The notes beneath the pieces are model-generated. The model was not told the DNA's origin and searched no databases. It saw nothing but the letters and a program-made list of their open reading frames with translations. DNA of 52,015 nt from a virus (lineage: Duplodnaviria > Caudoviricetes). Position numbers and translations under genes: made by a program. Location of the stretch: the IMG/VR virus record IMGVR_UViG_3300028920_000088, positions 1 to 52,015 of that record; one strand, written 5' to 3'. Positions 28,000 through 36,065 of this stretch are shown here, in pieces (the first letter of the stretch is position 1; the number at the start of each line of letters is the position of its first letter).

Positions 28000-28060
28000 C
28001 TATAGGGCCTCCGCAGGGATAGACTTGCCGGGTAGTTCCCGGTCCTGCGGAGGCCTATAG
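28000..28060. repeat. Inverted-repeat hairpin between the Ubl and E2 genes, built from two copies of the dispersed motif
   Basis: CTATAG-GGCCTCCGCAGG...CCTGCGGAGGCC-TATAG, with an inner CCGGG/CCCGG stem. Confidence 0.8.
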
Positions 28061-28080
28061 AATGTGAAAGGGGTCTAATT

Positions 28081-29442
28081 ATGATAAGAGAGAACAAGAA
28101 ACAAAAAGGACCTACCAAGTTTAGCAGGCTCTCCAAGGTAAAGCAAAAAGAGCTTCTAGAAAAGTGGAAGGTATTAGCAAAGAAGGTCATAAATCGCTCT
28201 ACTGACGGGTATGAGAGGGTTATCAAAAGAGTTAGTAATCAGGATAGTATTCCGGCGGACGCTGGAATTCCACGTAAAGATGCTGCTATTCTCGGCACTT
28301 ATTCAGTAAGGGAACTGACCGAAATGGTTGTCGGGGAACGAGAATTCCCGGAGAAGTTAGAGAAGCAAATAAATAGGTACCGGCTGGGCAATTACCTGCA
28401 GCGAATCTTTTTACGGCGTAGCGACGACATGGCCTGGGTTGCTGGTATTGAGGATAAAGTTCTTGCCGCTACTAGGAATAAGTATGAACTGATTACTTCT
28501 GCTGTGGAAGACCTCCGTACCCTATACAATATATATGGCAAAGATTTGATTGTAGAGGGAGAAGGCCCTACTGGGGTTTATTTTCGTTTCGGCTTCCGTA
28601 CCAGGGCCATTTCATTTGGGAATAGAAGGTTCGGGAGATTCACTGTCGGATATAGAGACTTGAAGGAAGATAATTTTGCCTTTCCTAGGGCTATTGCAGA
28701 TACCCCAAACTATGCAGCTCCTACGAGACACATAGAGACACGATCTCTTACTCATCCCCATGTTAAAAACGGCTACTTATGTACAGGAGATGTCAAGAAC
28801 TTATTGGTCAGTCACTTGACGTTAGGCCAGTTTCTTGATGCCGCTGAGCTACTGAGACTACTGATCACGACGTATGATCCAGACGGGGCCTTTAAGCTAC
28901 TGGATGATTGGAAAAATTCAATGGGATTGAAGGTAGTTACTTGCCATACATGTAATGAGAGGGTAGCTCATCACCGCTGTTATACGTGTATTGGATGTAT
29001 TGAAAAGGGACTCACCAAGTACATATGTAAGGAATGTTGGGCGGACCCCAAAAAGAGTTTTACATGTCCTACTTGTGGAGGCGTATCATGTAGGACGGAT
29101 TTGAGGGAAGACGGGACAGCATCGTGTTTGCATAAGTGCTATATTTGTGGAAAAGAGCGTTGTTCCCATTGTAGTGTATATATGTTTCCATCAGGACGGA
29201 ACGATGGTGGCCGAATCTATATCTGTAGACCTTGTTTAACAAGTCGTAACGGTATCGGCATCCTTCTAGATCTTATCCGTCTTGGGACTCCTTTCGCTAT
29301 CCCAGCCATGCCGCAAAATGACTGCACAAGAAATACGGCGTGGTTGTCGAAGTTATTGGATAAAACAGAGAAACTTATTAGGCCTATAAATCGGGAATAT
29401 GAAGAATTGAAGGAAATAGTCAATAAATTGAAATTGAAATAG
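28081..29442 (+). CDS. Prokaryotic E2-like (UBC-fold) protein fused to a Cys-rich zinc-finger array
   Basis: THPHVKNGYLCTG matches the E2 HPN/HPH...G.xC active-site pattern (Cys codon 28780). About seven CxxC pairs follow (28942-29235). Confidence 0.72.
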   Translation: MIRENKKQKGPTKFSRLSKVKQKELLEKWKVLAKKVINRSTDGYERVIKRVSNQDSIPADAGIPRKDAAILGTYSVRELTEMVVGEREFPEKLEKQINRYRLGNYLQRIFLRRSDDMAWVAGIEDKVLAATRNKYELITSAVEDLRTLYNIYGKDLIVEGEGPTGVYFRFGFRTRAISFGNRRFGRFTVGYRDLKEDNFAFPRAIADTPNYAAPTRHIETRSLTHPHVKNGYLCTGDVKNLLVSHLTLGQFLDAAELLRLLITTYDPDGAFKLLDDWKNSMGLKVVTCHTCNERVAHHRCYTCIGCIEKGLTKYICKECWADPKKSFTCPTCGGVSCRTDLREDGTASCLHKCYICGKERCSHCSVYMFPSGRNDGGRIYICRPCLTSRNGIGILLDLIRLGTPFAIPAMPQNDCTRNTAWLSKLLDKTEKLIRPINREYEELKEIVNKLKLK

Positions 29443-29463
29443 AAAGAAAGGTTGAATAAGATT

Positions 29464-30318
29464 ATGGTGAAGAAAACAAAAACTGAAGGGAACAACAAAA
29501 AACAGGTTGCAGATTGGAAAGATGTGAAGGGGGAAGAGGGAGACGTATTGCCAGAACTGCCTGATGAGGAGACCCCTAGTTTGGTATTGACCGGCTGGGT
29601 ATACCAGAAGCTAAGTTACTGGAGAAGACTTGCAGACGGTAACGAGATAAGTTGTTTTGGTATTTCTAGATCAGTTGATGATCCTCTGAGGGTCGTAGAG
29701 CTATATATGCCTAGACAAGAAGTCACGAGAGGTAGTACCGACATGACGGCAGAGGGCTTGGCTCAGATGTGGGATGACATGACGGGGGCAGGATTGGAGC
29801 CGGAACAGTTCAATCGAATATGGATACATACACATCCAGGAGATACTAATCCATCCAGGATTGACTTCGATACGTGCAAAGAGGTGTTTGGTCGATGCGA
29901 CTGGTTCATCATGATGATTATGGGCAAGGAAGATTTTGGCTGCTGGTTATACAAGATGGGTAGGATTCCTACCCGTACTATGCTCGAAGTCAAGGTGGAT
30001 TATTCCTCCCCAGGTCTCCCTCCAGACACCTTGAAGAAATGGGAAAATACAATAAGCAATATGGTGACTGTCGAGAAGCCTATCATGGTCATACGAGATT
30101 TCATGGGCAAAGGCATGGGAGATGACCCAAGGGTACTAGGAATCGTTGGGAAGATCAGAACCATAAGGGGCAAAATAGATGAACTAACAACCCGATGTTA
30201 TGAGTGTCGAAGGAAAAGAGATGTAAAAGAAGGAGACGCTATGACTGAATGTGCGATGTGCAATACCAGAAGAAGCCTAGTGGGTCTATACATGGAGCTT
30301 GACACCCTAAAAGGGTAA
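29464..30318 (+). CDS. JAB/JAMM (MPN+) metallopeptidase
   Basis: NEISCFG (catalytic Glu) and WIHTHPGDTNPSRID (HxH...S..D), with a C-terminal CYEC/CAMC zinc ribbon. Alternative TTG start at 29452. Confidence 0.88.
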   Translation: MVKKTKTEGNNKKQVADWKDVKGEEGDVLPELPDEETPSLVLTGWVYQKLSYWRRLADGNEISCFGISRSVDDPLRVVELYMPRQEVTRGSTDMTAEGLAQMWDDMTGAGLEPEQFNRIWIHTHPGDTNPSRIDFDTCKEVFGRCDWFIMMIMGKEDFGCWLYKMGRIPTRTMLEVKVDYSSPGLPPDTLKKWENTISNMVTVEKPIMVIRDFMGKGMGDDPRVLGIVGKIRTIRGKIDELTTRCYECRRKRDVKEGDAMTECAMCNTRRSLVGLYMELDTLKG

Positions 30319-30373
30319 TAACAAATCTTTATTCAAGCACTAACTGCCAACAACCAACAATAGGAGATTTAAC

Positions 30374-31495
30374 ATGGGTAAAACAACAAAAAAAGAAAAG
30401 CAAGAGTTCTCCCAGTCAGACGACATACTAGAGGTTGTAGAGTACCAGAAGGAAGAAATGGAGAAAGAAGAGGAGAGACTCAAAGCACAAGAGCAGGGAG
30501 AGGAACAAGAAGAGAAACAAGAAGAGGAACAAGAAGAGAAACAGGTAGTTCTCTTTGCGGATGAAATGGCGGATGACGAAGAGTCTATTCTTTGTAGGGG
30601 AGCATTATCGAATACCATATACATGAGAACCAGTTCTCTGCTACCTATGGGGGAGGTCAATAAGGATTCCGCCATAGTGGTTGGAGTCGGAGGTATAGGT
30701 CGACAAGTAGCATTGCAATTGACCTCTCTTGGCGTTGAGAATATTGCAATATGGGATGACGATATTGTGTCAGCTACAAATGTAGCCACACAAGGATATC
30801 CTATAGGCGATATAGGACAACATAAGGTTGACAGCCTAGACTTCTCCATGAACGAGATTATTGATGGCAACTTTAATCCCTACCCTTACAAGTTCCCGCC
30901 ATCCGACAAGTTCGAGGATTATTGGTCCAACGATCCCCAGATAGGAGTTGTATTCTTGTGTGTTGATCGTATTGACATACGAGAGTCCATATGGAAAGAC
31001 ATGCAGTTTGGTAGTGGAGTTAATCCGGCCAAATATCCCCTGGTTATTGATGGGAGAATGGCTGCTGAGACAGGACGAGTCATAACGGTAAATACAAGGT
31101 CAAAAGAGGACCTGAAATACTACGAGGCCACCTTGTTCCCACAAGAAGAGCAGACACCAATGCCTTGTACTGCTAAGGCCACCATTTATTGCGGCAACTT
31201 CATTGCAGCCATTATGGTAGCCCAATATACTAGGTACTTAAGGGCCTCCGCAGAGGAGAAAGCGAAAGGTAACGATGAGTATAGGGACCTTATGTTCTCC
31301 TTGAGGTCTTTTGAGATATTTCCATATGATGAGATGGCAAACACTGAGGATAAGGCGAAAGAGGCCCATACTGTTCCTTTACATACTCGTACCAACCCGA
31401 CAGGATTGGTGAAGATTGCATCTAGTACAGGTACAAAGAAGAAGAAAGGAGGTGGTAAGAAGAATAAGGCTACTAAAACTACGAAGAAGCAGTAA
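30374..31495 (+). CDS. E1-like ThiF/MoeB-family adenylating enzyme
   Basis: VVGVGGIG nucleotide-binding loop, WDDDIVSATNVATQ, KV, CVD and IDGRM motifs, and a candidate thioester Cys in PMPCTAK. Has an acidic N-extension and a Lys-rich C-tail. Confidence 0.92.
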   Translation: MGKTTKKEKQEFSQSDDILEVVEYQKEEMEKEEERLKAQEQGEEQEEKQEEEQEEKQVVLFADEMADDEESILCRGALSNTIYMRTSSLLPMGEVNKDSAIVVGVGGIGRQVALQLTSLGVENIAIWDDDIVSATNVATQGYPIGDIGQHKVDSLDFSMNEIIDGNFNPYPYKFPPSDKFEDYWSNDPQIGVVFLCVDRIDIRESIWKDMQFGSGVNPAKYPLVIDGRMAAETGRVITVNTRSKEDLKYYEATLFPQEEQTPMPCTAKATIYCGNFIAAIMVAQYTRYLRASAEEKAKGNDEYRDLMFSLRSFEIFPYDEMANTEDKAKEAHTVPLHTRTNPTGLVKIASSTGTKKKKGGGKKNKATKTTKKQ

Positions 31496-31536
31496 CAAAT
31501 AGTAAGAAACAGTAATAACAGTAATAACAGTAATAC
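31493..31536 (+). repeat. Short tandem repeats after the stop codon
   Basis: (ACAGTAATA)x3 plus degenerate AGTAA units. Confidence 0.7.
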
Positions 31537-31556
31537 CGAAAGAAAGGATTACCATT

Positions 31557-32069
31557 ATGGGTAATGCAATAACTGGAACAAAGGAAGGTGCTTTGGAGGT
31601 TATCAAGGATTTGGATAACGGCACTACAGGAGCATTCCTGGACGAGAGCCAGAGAGACTATGCCTTGAATAGGCTGAATGGTCTGGCAGAAGAGCAGTTC
31701 AGTACGTACTGTGACGACCATCCTGCTCCGTACAGCTATCGACCTGAATTGACCCTTGATGAAAAGGTGAAGCAGCTCAAGGACGGAAGAGCAAAGCTCA
31801 TCGACCTGGAGAAGGTCAAGAAGGCTGAGCAATTGCCTGGCGGAGAGGCCACTTATTGGGACTCGATATTCGAGTTCGAAGACACCGTAGAGCAGAAGGA
31901 GTATGCAGATTGGCAGGCTGACATCGACTCGATGGATATGGCCATTTGTGATGCACGAGATGCTGCTGTGGACGCGATCATGCTGGGTAGTGGCAGTGAT
32001 GCTGCTGCTATTCTGGCTAAGTTTGGCCCCAACGCGGATGATCCCAGGAACGTACCTGAGCCTGCATGA
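31557..32069 (+). CDS. Hypothetical acidic protein
   Basis: 170 aa with SD AAAGGA. Confidence 0.7.
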   Translation: MGNAITGTKEGALEVIKDLDNGTTGAFLDESQRDYALNRLNGLAEEQFSTYCDDHPAPYSYRPELTLDEKVKQLKDGRAKLIDLEKVKKAEQLPGGEATYWDSIFEFEDTVEQKEYADWQADIDSMDMAICDARDAAVDAIMLGSGSDAAAILAKFGPNADDPRNVPEPA

Positions 32070-32110
32070 CGTTGTTGACATTGTTGACGTTGTTGGCATT
32101 GTTGGTTGAC
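32067..32110 (+). repeat. 9-bp tandem repeats after the stop codon
   Basis: TGACGTTGT/TGACATTGT/TGACGTTGT/TGGCATTGT. Confidence 0.7.
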
Positions 32111-32115
32111 TGATT

Positions 32116-32147
32116 TGGGAGGGGACTTAATTGTTCCCTCCCATTTC
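32116..32147 (+). terminator. Stem-loop terminator
   Basis: TGGGAGGGGAC-ttaatt-GTTCCCTCCCA followed by TTTC. Confidence 0.55.
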
Positions 32148-32184
32148 TAAATATCCCATTAAGAATTAAGAAGGGAGCCGTATC

Positions 32185-32439
32185 ATGATAAAAGCCAAAA
32201 AGACTACAGATGAGGCTGGAGTAGAAAAACCCAAAATGTCGTTGTCAAGACCAAGCCTCCCTGGGGGGATACGCACTCAATACTGTTTGAAAGGAGATCT
32301 CGTTATTCCTATAGGAGACTGGAAACCCAGAAAGACAATGAGGCGTAAATCGACTATACCTAGTGATGTAAGCGTGCTCAATATCTTCAGTGATGCTCTT
32401 GCGGAAGGAAAGACAGATGAAAACACACCAGATTTCTAA
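32185..32439 (+). CDS. Hypothetical protein
   Basis: 84 aa with SD GGGAG. Confidence 0.55.
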   Translation: MIKAKKTTDEAGVEKPKMSLSRPSLPGGIRTQYCLKGDLVIPIGDWKPRKTMRRKSTIPSDVSVLNIFSDALAEGKTDENTPDF

Positions 32440-32836
32440 TAGAGAGGAGGGGAGGTGTCCTTTCTGTCATCATACCTTGAGGATTGGCGGTAAGTCCCAG
32501 TATTCCCCCACGTCCTATGACTGGTTAACTCATATGGAGCTGCTCAAATGTACTCGGGTATGTCATAGTTGTGGATGCACGTTCCTTGCTGCTTATGGGT
32601 ACAAATTCTACAACAGTAGGGTAATAGAGCCTGGGAGGGATTCTACGATACTGACGCAGGAAGAGGACAAAACTGAGACTACAATAGCTAAAGATATATC
32701 AGTAACAGTCAAGGAAGACACTATTGAGGAAAAGAAGGAAGAGAAAGAGGAGCCTATTCCTCCAGCTCCAGTGTCTGATGTACCAGTAGAGGATAAGATA
32801 GCCCTGACAATAACGAGTCCTTGGTTAGGGGGATGA
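32417..32836 (+). CDS. Zinc-ribbon protein with an acidic tail
   Basis: CPFC...CHSC; ATG 32417 after GGAAGGAAAG. Confidence 0.6.
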   Translation: MKTHQISNREEGRCPFCHHTLRIGGKSQYSPTSYDWLTHMELLKCTRVCHSCGCTFLAAYGYKFYNSRVIEPGRDSTILTQEEDKTETTIAKDISVTVKEDTIEEKKEEKEEPIPPAPVSDVPVEDKIALTITSPWLGG

Positions 32837-32839
32837 CAA

Positions 32840-33076
32840 ATGGCCGTGAAGATAACAGACTTGGAGAGGTGCTTGACTTATTCTAGGAGGATTTGTCCTT
32901 CCTGCGGAGGTGAAGCTAAATTCAGGTATAAAGCAAATGTCGAGTACCTAATGAATCCAGGCATGGAACTAGCAGCAAGAGAATGTACGATATGTGGGGC
33001 ACAATCTTATGAGGTATGGCAAAATGGAAAATACAATGGTCTACTGGTTCACCGCAAAGGTAAAGGAGAAGATTGA
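32840..33076 (+). CDS. Small zinc-ribbon protein
   Basis: CPSC...CTIC. Confidence 0.65.
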   Translation: MAVKITDLERCLTYSRRICPSCGGEAKFRYKANVEYLMNPGMELAARECTICGAQSYEVWQNGKYNGLLVHRKGKGED

Positions 33077-33077
33077 A

Positions 33078-33296
33078 ATGAATAAAGAATGGGCAGAACA
33101 TCAAGAACAGCAAGAACGATTCAGGAGAGAAATGTGGGAAGAATGGGATCTATTTCTCAATGAATTGCAGTATCCTACTCCCTGGTATACCAGGTTGTTG
33201 AGAAGTCCCAGACTCAAAGCAGTATTGATTGGGATTATTCAGTTGATTACAGGCATACTGATTGGATGGGCTGCAGTGTATTTCTACTTGAACTGA
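33078..33296 (+). CDS. Small membrane-anchored protein
   Basis: ATG 33078 after AAAGGAG; C-terminal TM helix AVLIGIIQLITGILIGWAAVYFYL. Confidence 0.6.
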   Translation: MNKEWAEHQEQQERFRREMWEEWDLFLNELQYPTPWYTRLLRSPRLKAVLIGIIQLITGILIGWAAVYFYLN

Positions 33297-33560
33297 TTGG
33301 GAAAAATGATGAGCCGATCATTAAGACTAGCTGTTGTACGAGGATGTAAACGTATGGCTGATAATGTTCACCGTGCAGTTAGGAAGAGAATCAAACAGAA
33401 ACTAGCCAAGATGGACTTGGACGATCCAGATGAGTTGACATTGTTGGATATAGAGGCTGACTGCAAAGCAATGGGGTTAGAAGACCATGGCTCCAAGATA
33501 TACTGGGAATTTGATGACTGCGAAGATGAGGAAATAAAAGACAAGTACAGACGAAAATAA
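33297..33560 (+). CDS. Hypothetical protein
   Basis: 87 aa, basic N-half and acidic C-half; the start may be the ATG at 33306. Confidence 0.55.
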   Translation: MGKMMSRSLRLAVVRGCKRMADNVHRAVRKRIKQKLAKMDLDDPDELTLLDIEADCKAMGLEDHGSKIYWEFDDCEDEEIKDKYRRK

Positions 33561-33572
33561 GGAGACAGAACA

Positions 33573-33752
33573 ATGAGCTTAGTATGTGATTGCGGATTCA
33601 AGTTTGCTGGTCCTGGAGAGTACAGGAATTGTGAGTCATTCATTACCGATAAGGGGTTGAGTGGGGTAATATGTCCTGAGTGCGACCAGGCCTATATTGA
33701 TGGGGTAAAGGTTGATATTGATAAGTGGAAAGAAAGAAGGGTTGGCCGATGA
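33573..33752 (+). CDS. Small zinc-finger protein (59 aa, not in the ORF track)
   Basis: SD AAGGAG, then MSLVCDCGF...VICPECDQ...VGR*; stop overlaps the next ATG. Confidence 0.65.
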   Translation: MSLVCDCGFKFAGPGEYRNCESFITDKGLSGVICPECDQAYIDGVKVDIDKWKERRVGR

Positions 33753-33994
33753 AGTGTCCAGCTTATATCCGTCATGGACCAGGTCACCAGAGTACCACCT
33801 ATTGTCACAAAACAGACGTGGGGCACAAAGTACATGAAACTTATTATGGATCACGACATGACTTTGCAATGTGGGAAGGCAAGAGCTGCTTTTCCGGGTT
33901 TTTTGACGAACCACCAATCTATAATCCTTCAATTCAGGATAGCAAGAGAATTAATTCAAGTATTTGTTGTAAGGAGAAAGAAAGAGAGGAGTAA
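33749..33994 (+). CDS. Small Cys/His-rich protein
   Basis: ATGA coupling; MKCPAY...C....GH..H. Confidence 0.55.
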   Translation: MKCPAYIRHGPGHQSTTYCHKTDVGHKVHETYYGSRHDFAMWEGKSCFSGFFDEPPIYNPSIQDSKRINSSICCKEKEREE

Positions 33995-33997
33995 CCG

Positions 33998-34234
33998 ATG
34001 CATATAATAGATGTTAGATCCACAAGGGCGAAGGAAATCGCCAGGCTCAAGAAAGAGAACGACAAACTCAAGGAGTTACTGAAAGTCGCCAAGTGTCCTA
34101 ACTGTGCGGGAGATGGAGTTGTGCCCGTAACAACCGGAGAAACGTGGGAAAGGGGTGATGGCGAAGTGTTTGTCGTTACAGAGCCTTCTCAGTGTCAATG
34201 GTGCTACGAAGTCAAGCAAGCTCTGAAGGAATAA
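33998..34234 (+). CDS. Coiled-coil plus zinc-finger protein
   Basis: EIARLKKENDKLKELL followed by CPNC.GDG...CQWC. Confidence 0.65.
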   Translation: MHIIDVRSTRAKEIARLKKENDKLKELLKVAKCPNCAGDGVVPVTTGETWERGDGEVFVVTEPSQCQWCYEVKQALKE

Positions 34235-34238
34235 AGAT

Positions 34239-34424
34239 ATGTTAGAGATGAAAGTCTGTAGTTGGTGTGGCCGTCCTAGGGCGATGTGTGAGGAAGGTAG
34301 TTTTGAGGTTGATCCTGTGGATGAAACAACAGAGATAGGCTGGGTTTGCGACCACTGTATTTACCGTTTTGATAATGAATGTTCATGCCCTCTTTGTTCT
34401 CGGTATTGTGAGGCGGCCAAATAG
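34239..34424 (+). CDS. Small zinc-finger protein
   Basis: CSWC...CDHC...CSCPLC. Confidence 0.6.
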   Translation: MLEMKVCSWCGRPRAMCEEGSFEVDPVDETTEIGWVCDHCIYRFDNECSCPLCSRYCEAAK

Positions 34425-34453
34425 CATTATAGCATTATAGCATTATAGCATTA
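34421..34453 (+). repeat. 8-bp tandem repeat including the stop codon
   Basis: (ATAGCATT)x4. Confidence 0.85.
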
Positions 34454-34478
34454 CATCATTTCGTCTCCCTTTCACTAC

Positions 34479-34522
34479 GGGTGGCACGGTATCCTTCCTG
34501 ACTCCTTCTTGCCGTGCCACCC
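34479..34522 (+). other. Stem-loop with a pyrimidine (anti-SD-like) loop; candidate ncRNA element
   Basis: GGGTGGCACGG/CCGTGCCACCC 11-bp stem with loop ATCCTTCCTGACTCCTTCTT. Confidence 0.45.
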
Positions 34523-34808
34523 TCCTCTTTTGTCCAGTTGGTATATAGGTGATATAAGGATAGATGATAAATGTTGATTATTGGGCTAAAAATCCATATG
34601 GCCTCCGCAGGGAGAAGCGAGTGATATTTCATCCATTCCAGGTGGAGGGGAGGTAGTGACATGAATGTAATTGGTAATCAGGTAGTGACTCAAGATAAAT
34701 ATTCAGGACAAAATAGGAATTTTATTGACTGCCGTTTCTTATGTCTTAGAATCAGTGCAAAACTTGCTATTTCACAAGTGAATATGAGATGCCCAAACCG
34801 GGCAAGAA

Positions 34809-35114
34809 ATGGAGACGAAAATGTCACAAATAGATTACAAGTATGATGAGAAGAAGGACACCATGACAATTACAGTTTCCCAGTTGACCAAAGCACCGTA
34901 CCTCACAAGGTTTAAGAAGGCCGACGTTGCCGAACGTGCTGGATGCAATATAGGCGATCCAAAATCCTATATGCACGCTACGACAAGAGGTTTCCAGACG
35001 CTGGACGTGGAGCATCGGAAACGGCCGATCAAAGTGAGCCTGAATATCATGAGCGAGATGTCAAAGAAGGATAGGCAGGCAGTGATCGAGAACGAAGAGA
35101 ACGACGATGAGTAG
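34809..35114 (+). CDS. Hypothetical protein
   Basis: 101 aa; the start may be ATG 34821 after GGAG. Confidence 0.6.
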   Translation: METKMSQIDYKYDEKKDTMTITVSQLTKAPYLTRFKKADVAERAGCNIGDPKSYMHATTRGFQTLDVEHRKRPIKVSLNIMSEMSKKDRQAVIENEENDDE

Positions 35115-35343
35115 AATGGAATCCCCGGAAGAACACGCCGTAGGGGCTCGTATAGGCTATTGTGGTCGATTGACAGCTTTCTTAGCTGAAGAGTTGAATC
35201 ACCAAAGTATGGTTTGTTTGGAGGAACCTCCAGATGCCCATATCTTAGAGGATATCAGACGGAAGCTTAGGATAATATGCAACGATCTGTACGACGTCAC
35301 AAAGCCTTACAAAGCACCTCTTGACGATGAGCAAGCAAAGTAG
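35107..35343 (+). CDS. Hypothetical protein
   Basis: 78 aa, overlapping the upstream stop. Confidence 0.55.
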   Translation: MSRMESPEEHAVGARIGYCGRLTAFLAEELNHQSMVCLEEPPDAHILEDIRRKLRIICNDLYDVTKPYKAPLDDEQAK

Positions 35344-35378
35344 CCAATAGTACCAAATCGCATAGAATAGCAAGTTTT

Positions 35379-35409
35379 AAGCCTCTGGAGTAGTCCAGGG
35401 GCTTTTTTT
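35379..35409 (+). terminator. Intrinsic terminator ending the early region
   Basis: AAGCCTCTGGA-gtag-TCCAGGGGCTT followed by a T run. Confidence 0.75.
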
Positions 35410-35735
35410 GTGTCTGGGGGTTTTATTATAATCAAATAGGTTCGACAGTTGTAGAAAGTGTGTCGATCTGGCGGGACATTAGGGTTTTCCCTAATAGTGA
35501 CATAAGGAAATTCGAAATCGCCCCTCAACGCCCCTCATCGTCCCTCAAAACGCCGGCGAAGCGTTCGCAGTTAGCATGATTGTGCGTCCGCAGTGCCGAT
35601 CTGAGCGGTTTTCTCGCATCCGGCGGCATTATGACCGCCTATCGTCGCGATCGTGCATTGTGAGCGATCCTCGTGCGTTCTATCGTGTGCCGCCGCCGCC
35701 GGATTACCTTCTGCCAATTCAATAACAAATCGCAA

Positions 35736-35826
35736 ACGTCACGCGTGACGTCACCGGTGACATCGACTGTCACGACGTAGTGACATAACATAATTTTTCA
35801 CCCCCCCGTCGGCCCCCCAAGTGACA
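35736..35826. repeat. Cluster of GTCAC/GTGAC palindromes in the non-coding region
   Basis: ACGTCACGCGTGACGT (35736-35751), GTCACCGGTGAC (35750-35761), TGTCAC-N6-GTGACA (35768-35785) and GTGACA (35821). Confidence 0.7.
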
Positions 35827-36065
35827 TTGTGATTGATTGAGGAAAGACCTCACAAGTTCTAATTCCATTTCCCTATATTTCCTTGACACCACACTTATGT
35901 TTCACCAAGTGGAATTTCATGTATCATAAAGGAGGATAAAGACTTACTAGACTTTTTAGACTTTTTAGACTTAATAAATTTAATGGTCCTTTCTTCGCAC
36001 GCGGGGGCTCTTCGGTACCCATGCCGGGGGGCCCCAATCTTTCCGATTTTCCTGCGGAGGCCTAA

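Noticed and set aside
27760-31495. Thiamine/molybdopterin sulfur-relay interpretation (ThiS/MoaD plus ThiF/MoeB as auxiliary metabolic genes)
   Set aside because: No ThiG, MoaE, rhodanese or cysteine synthase is nearby, and an E2-like gene lies between the Ubl and JAB genes. Conjugation fits better, although this is not experimentally excluded.
35745-35773. matS (GTGACRNYGTCAC)-like site
   Set aside because: Half-sites match but the spacings are 0 and 7 bp rather than 3 bp.
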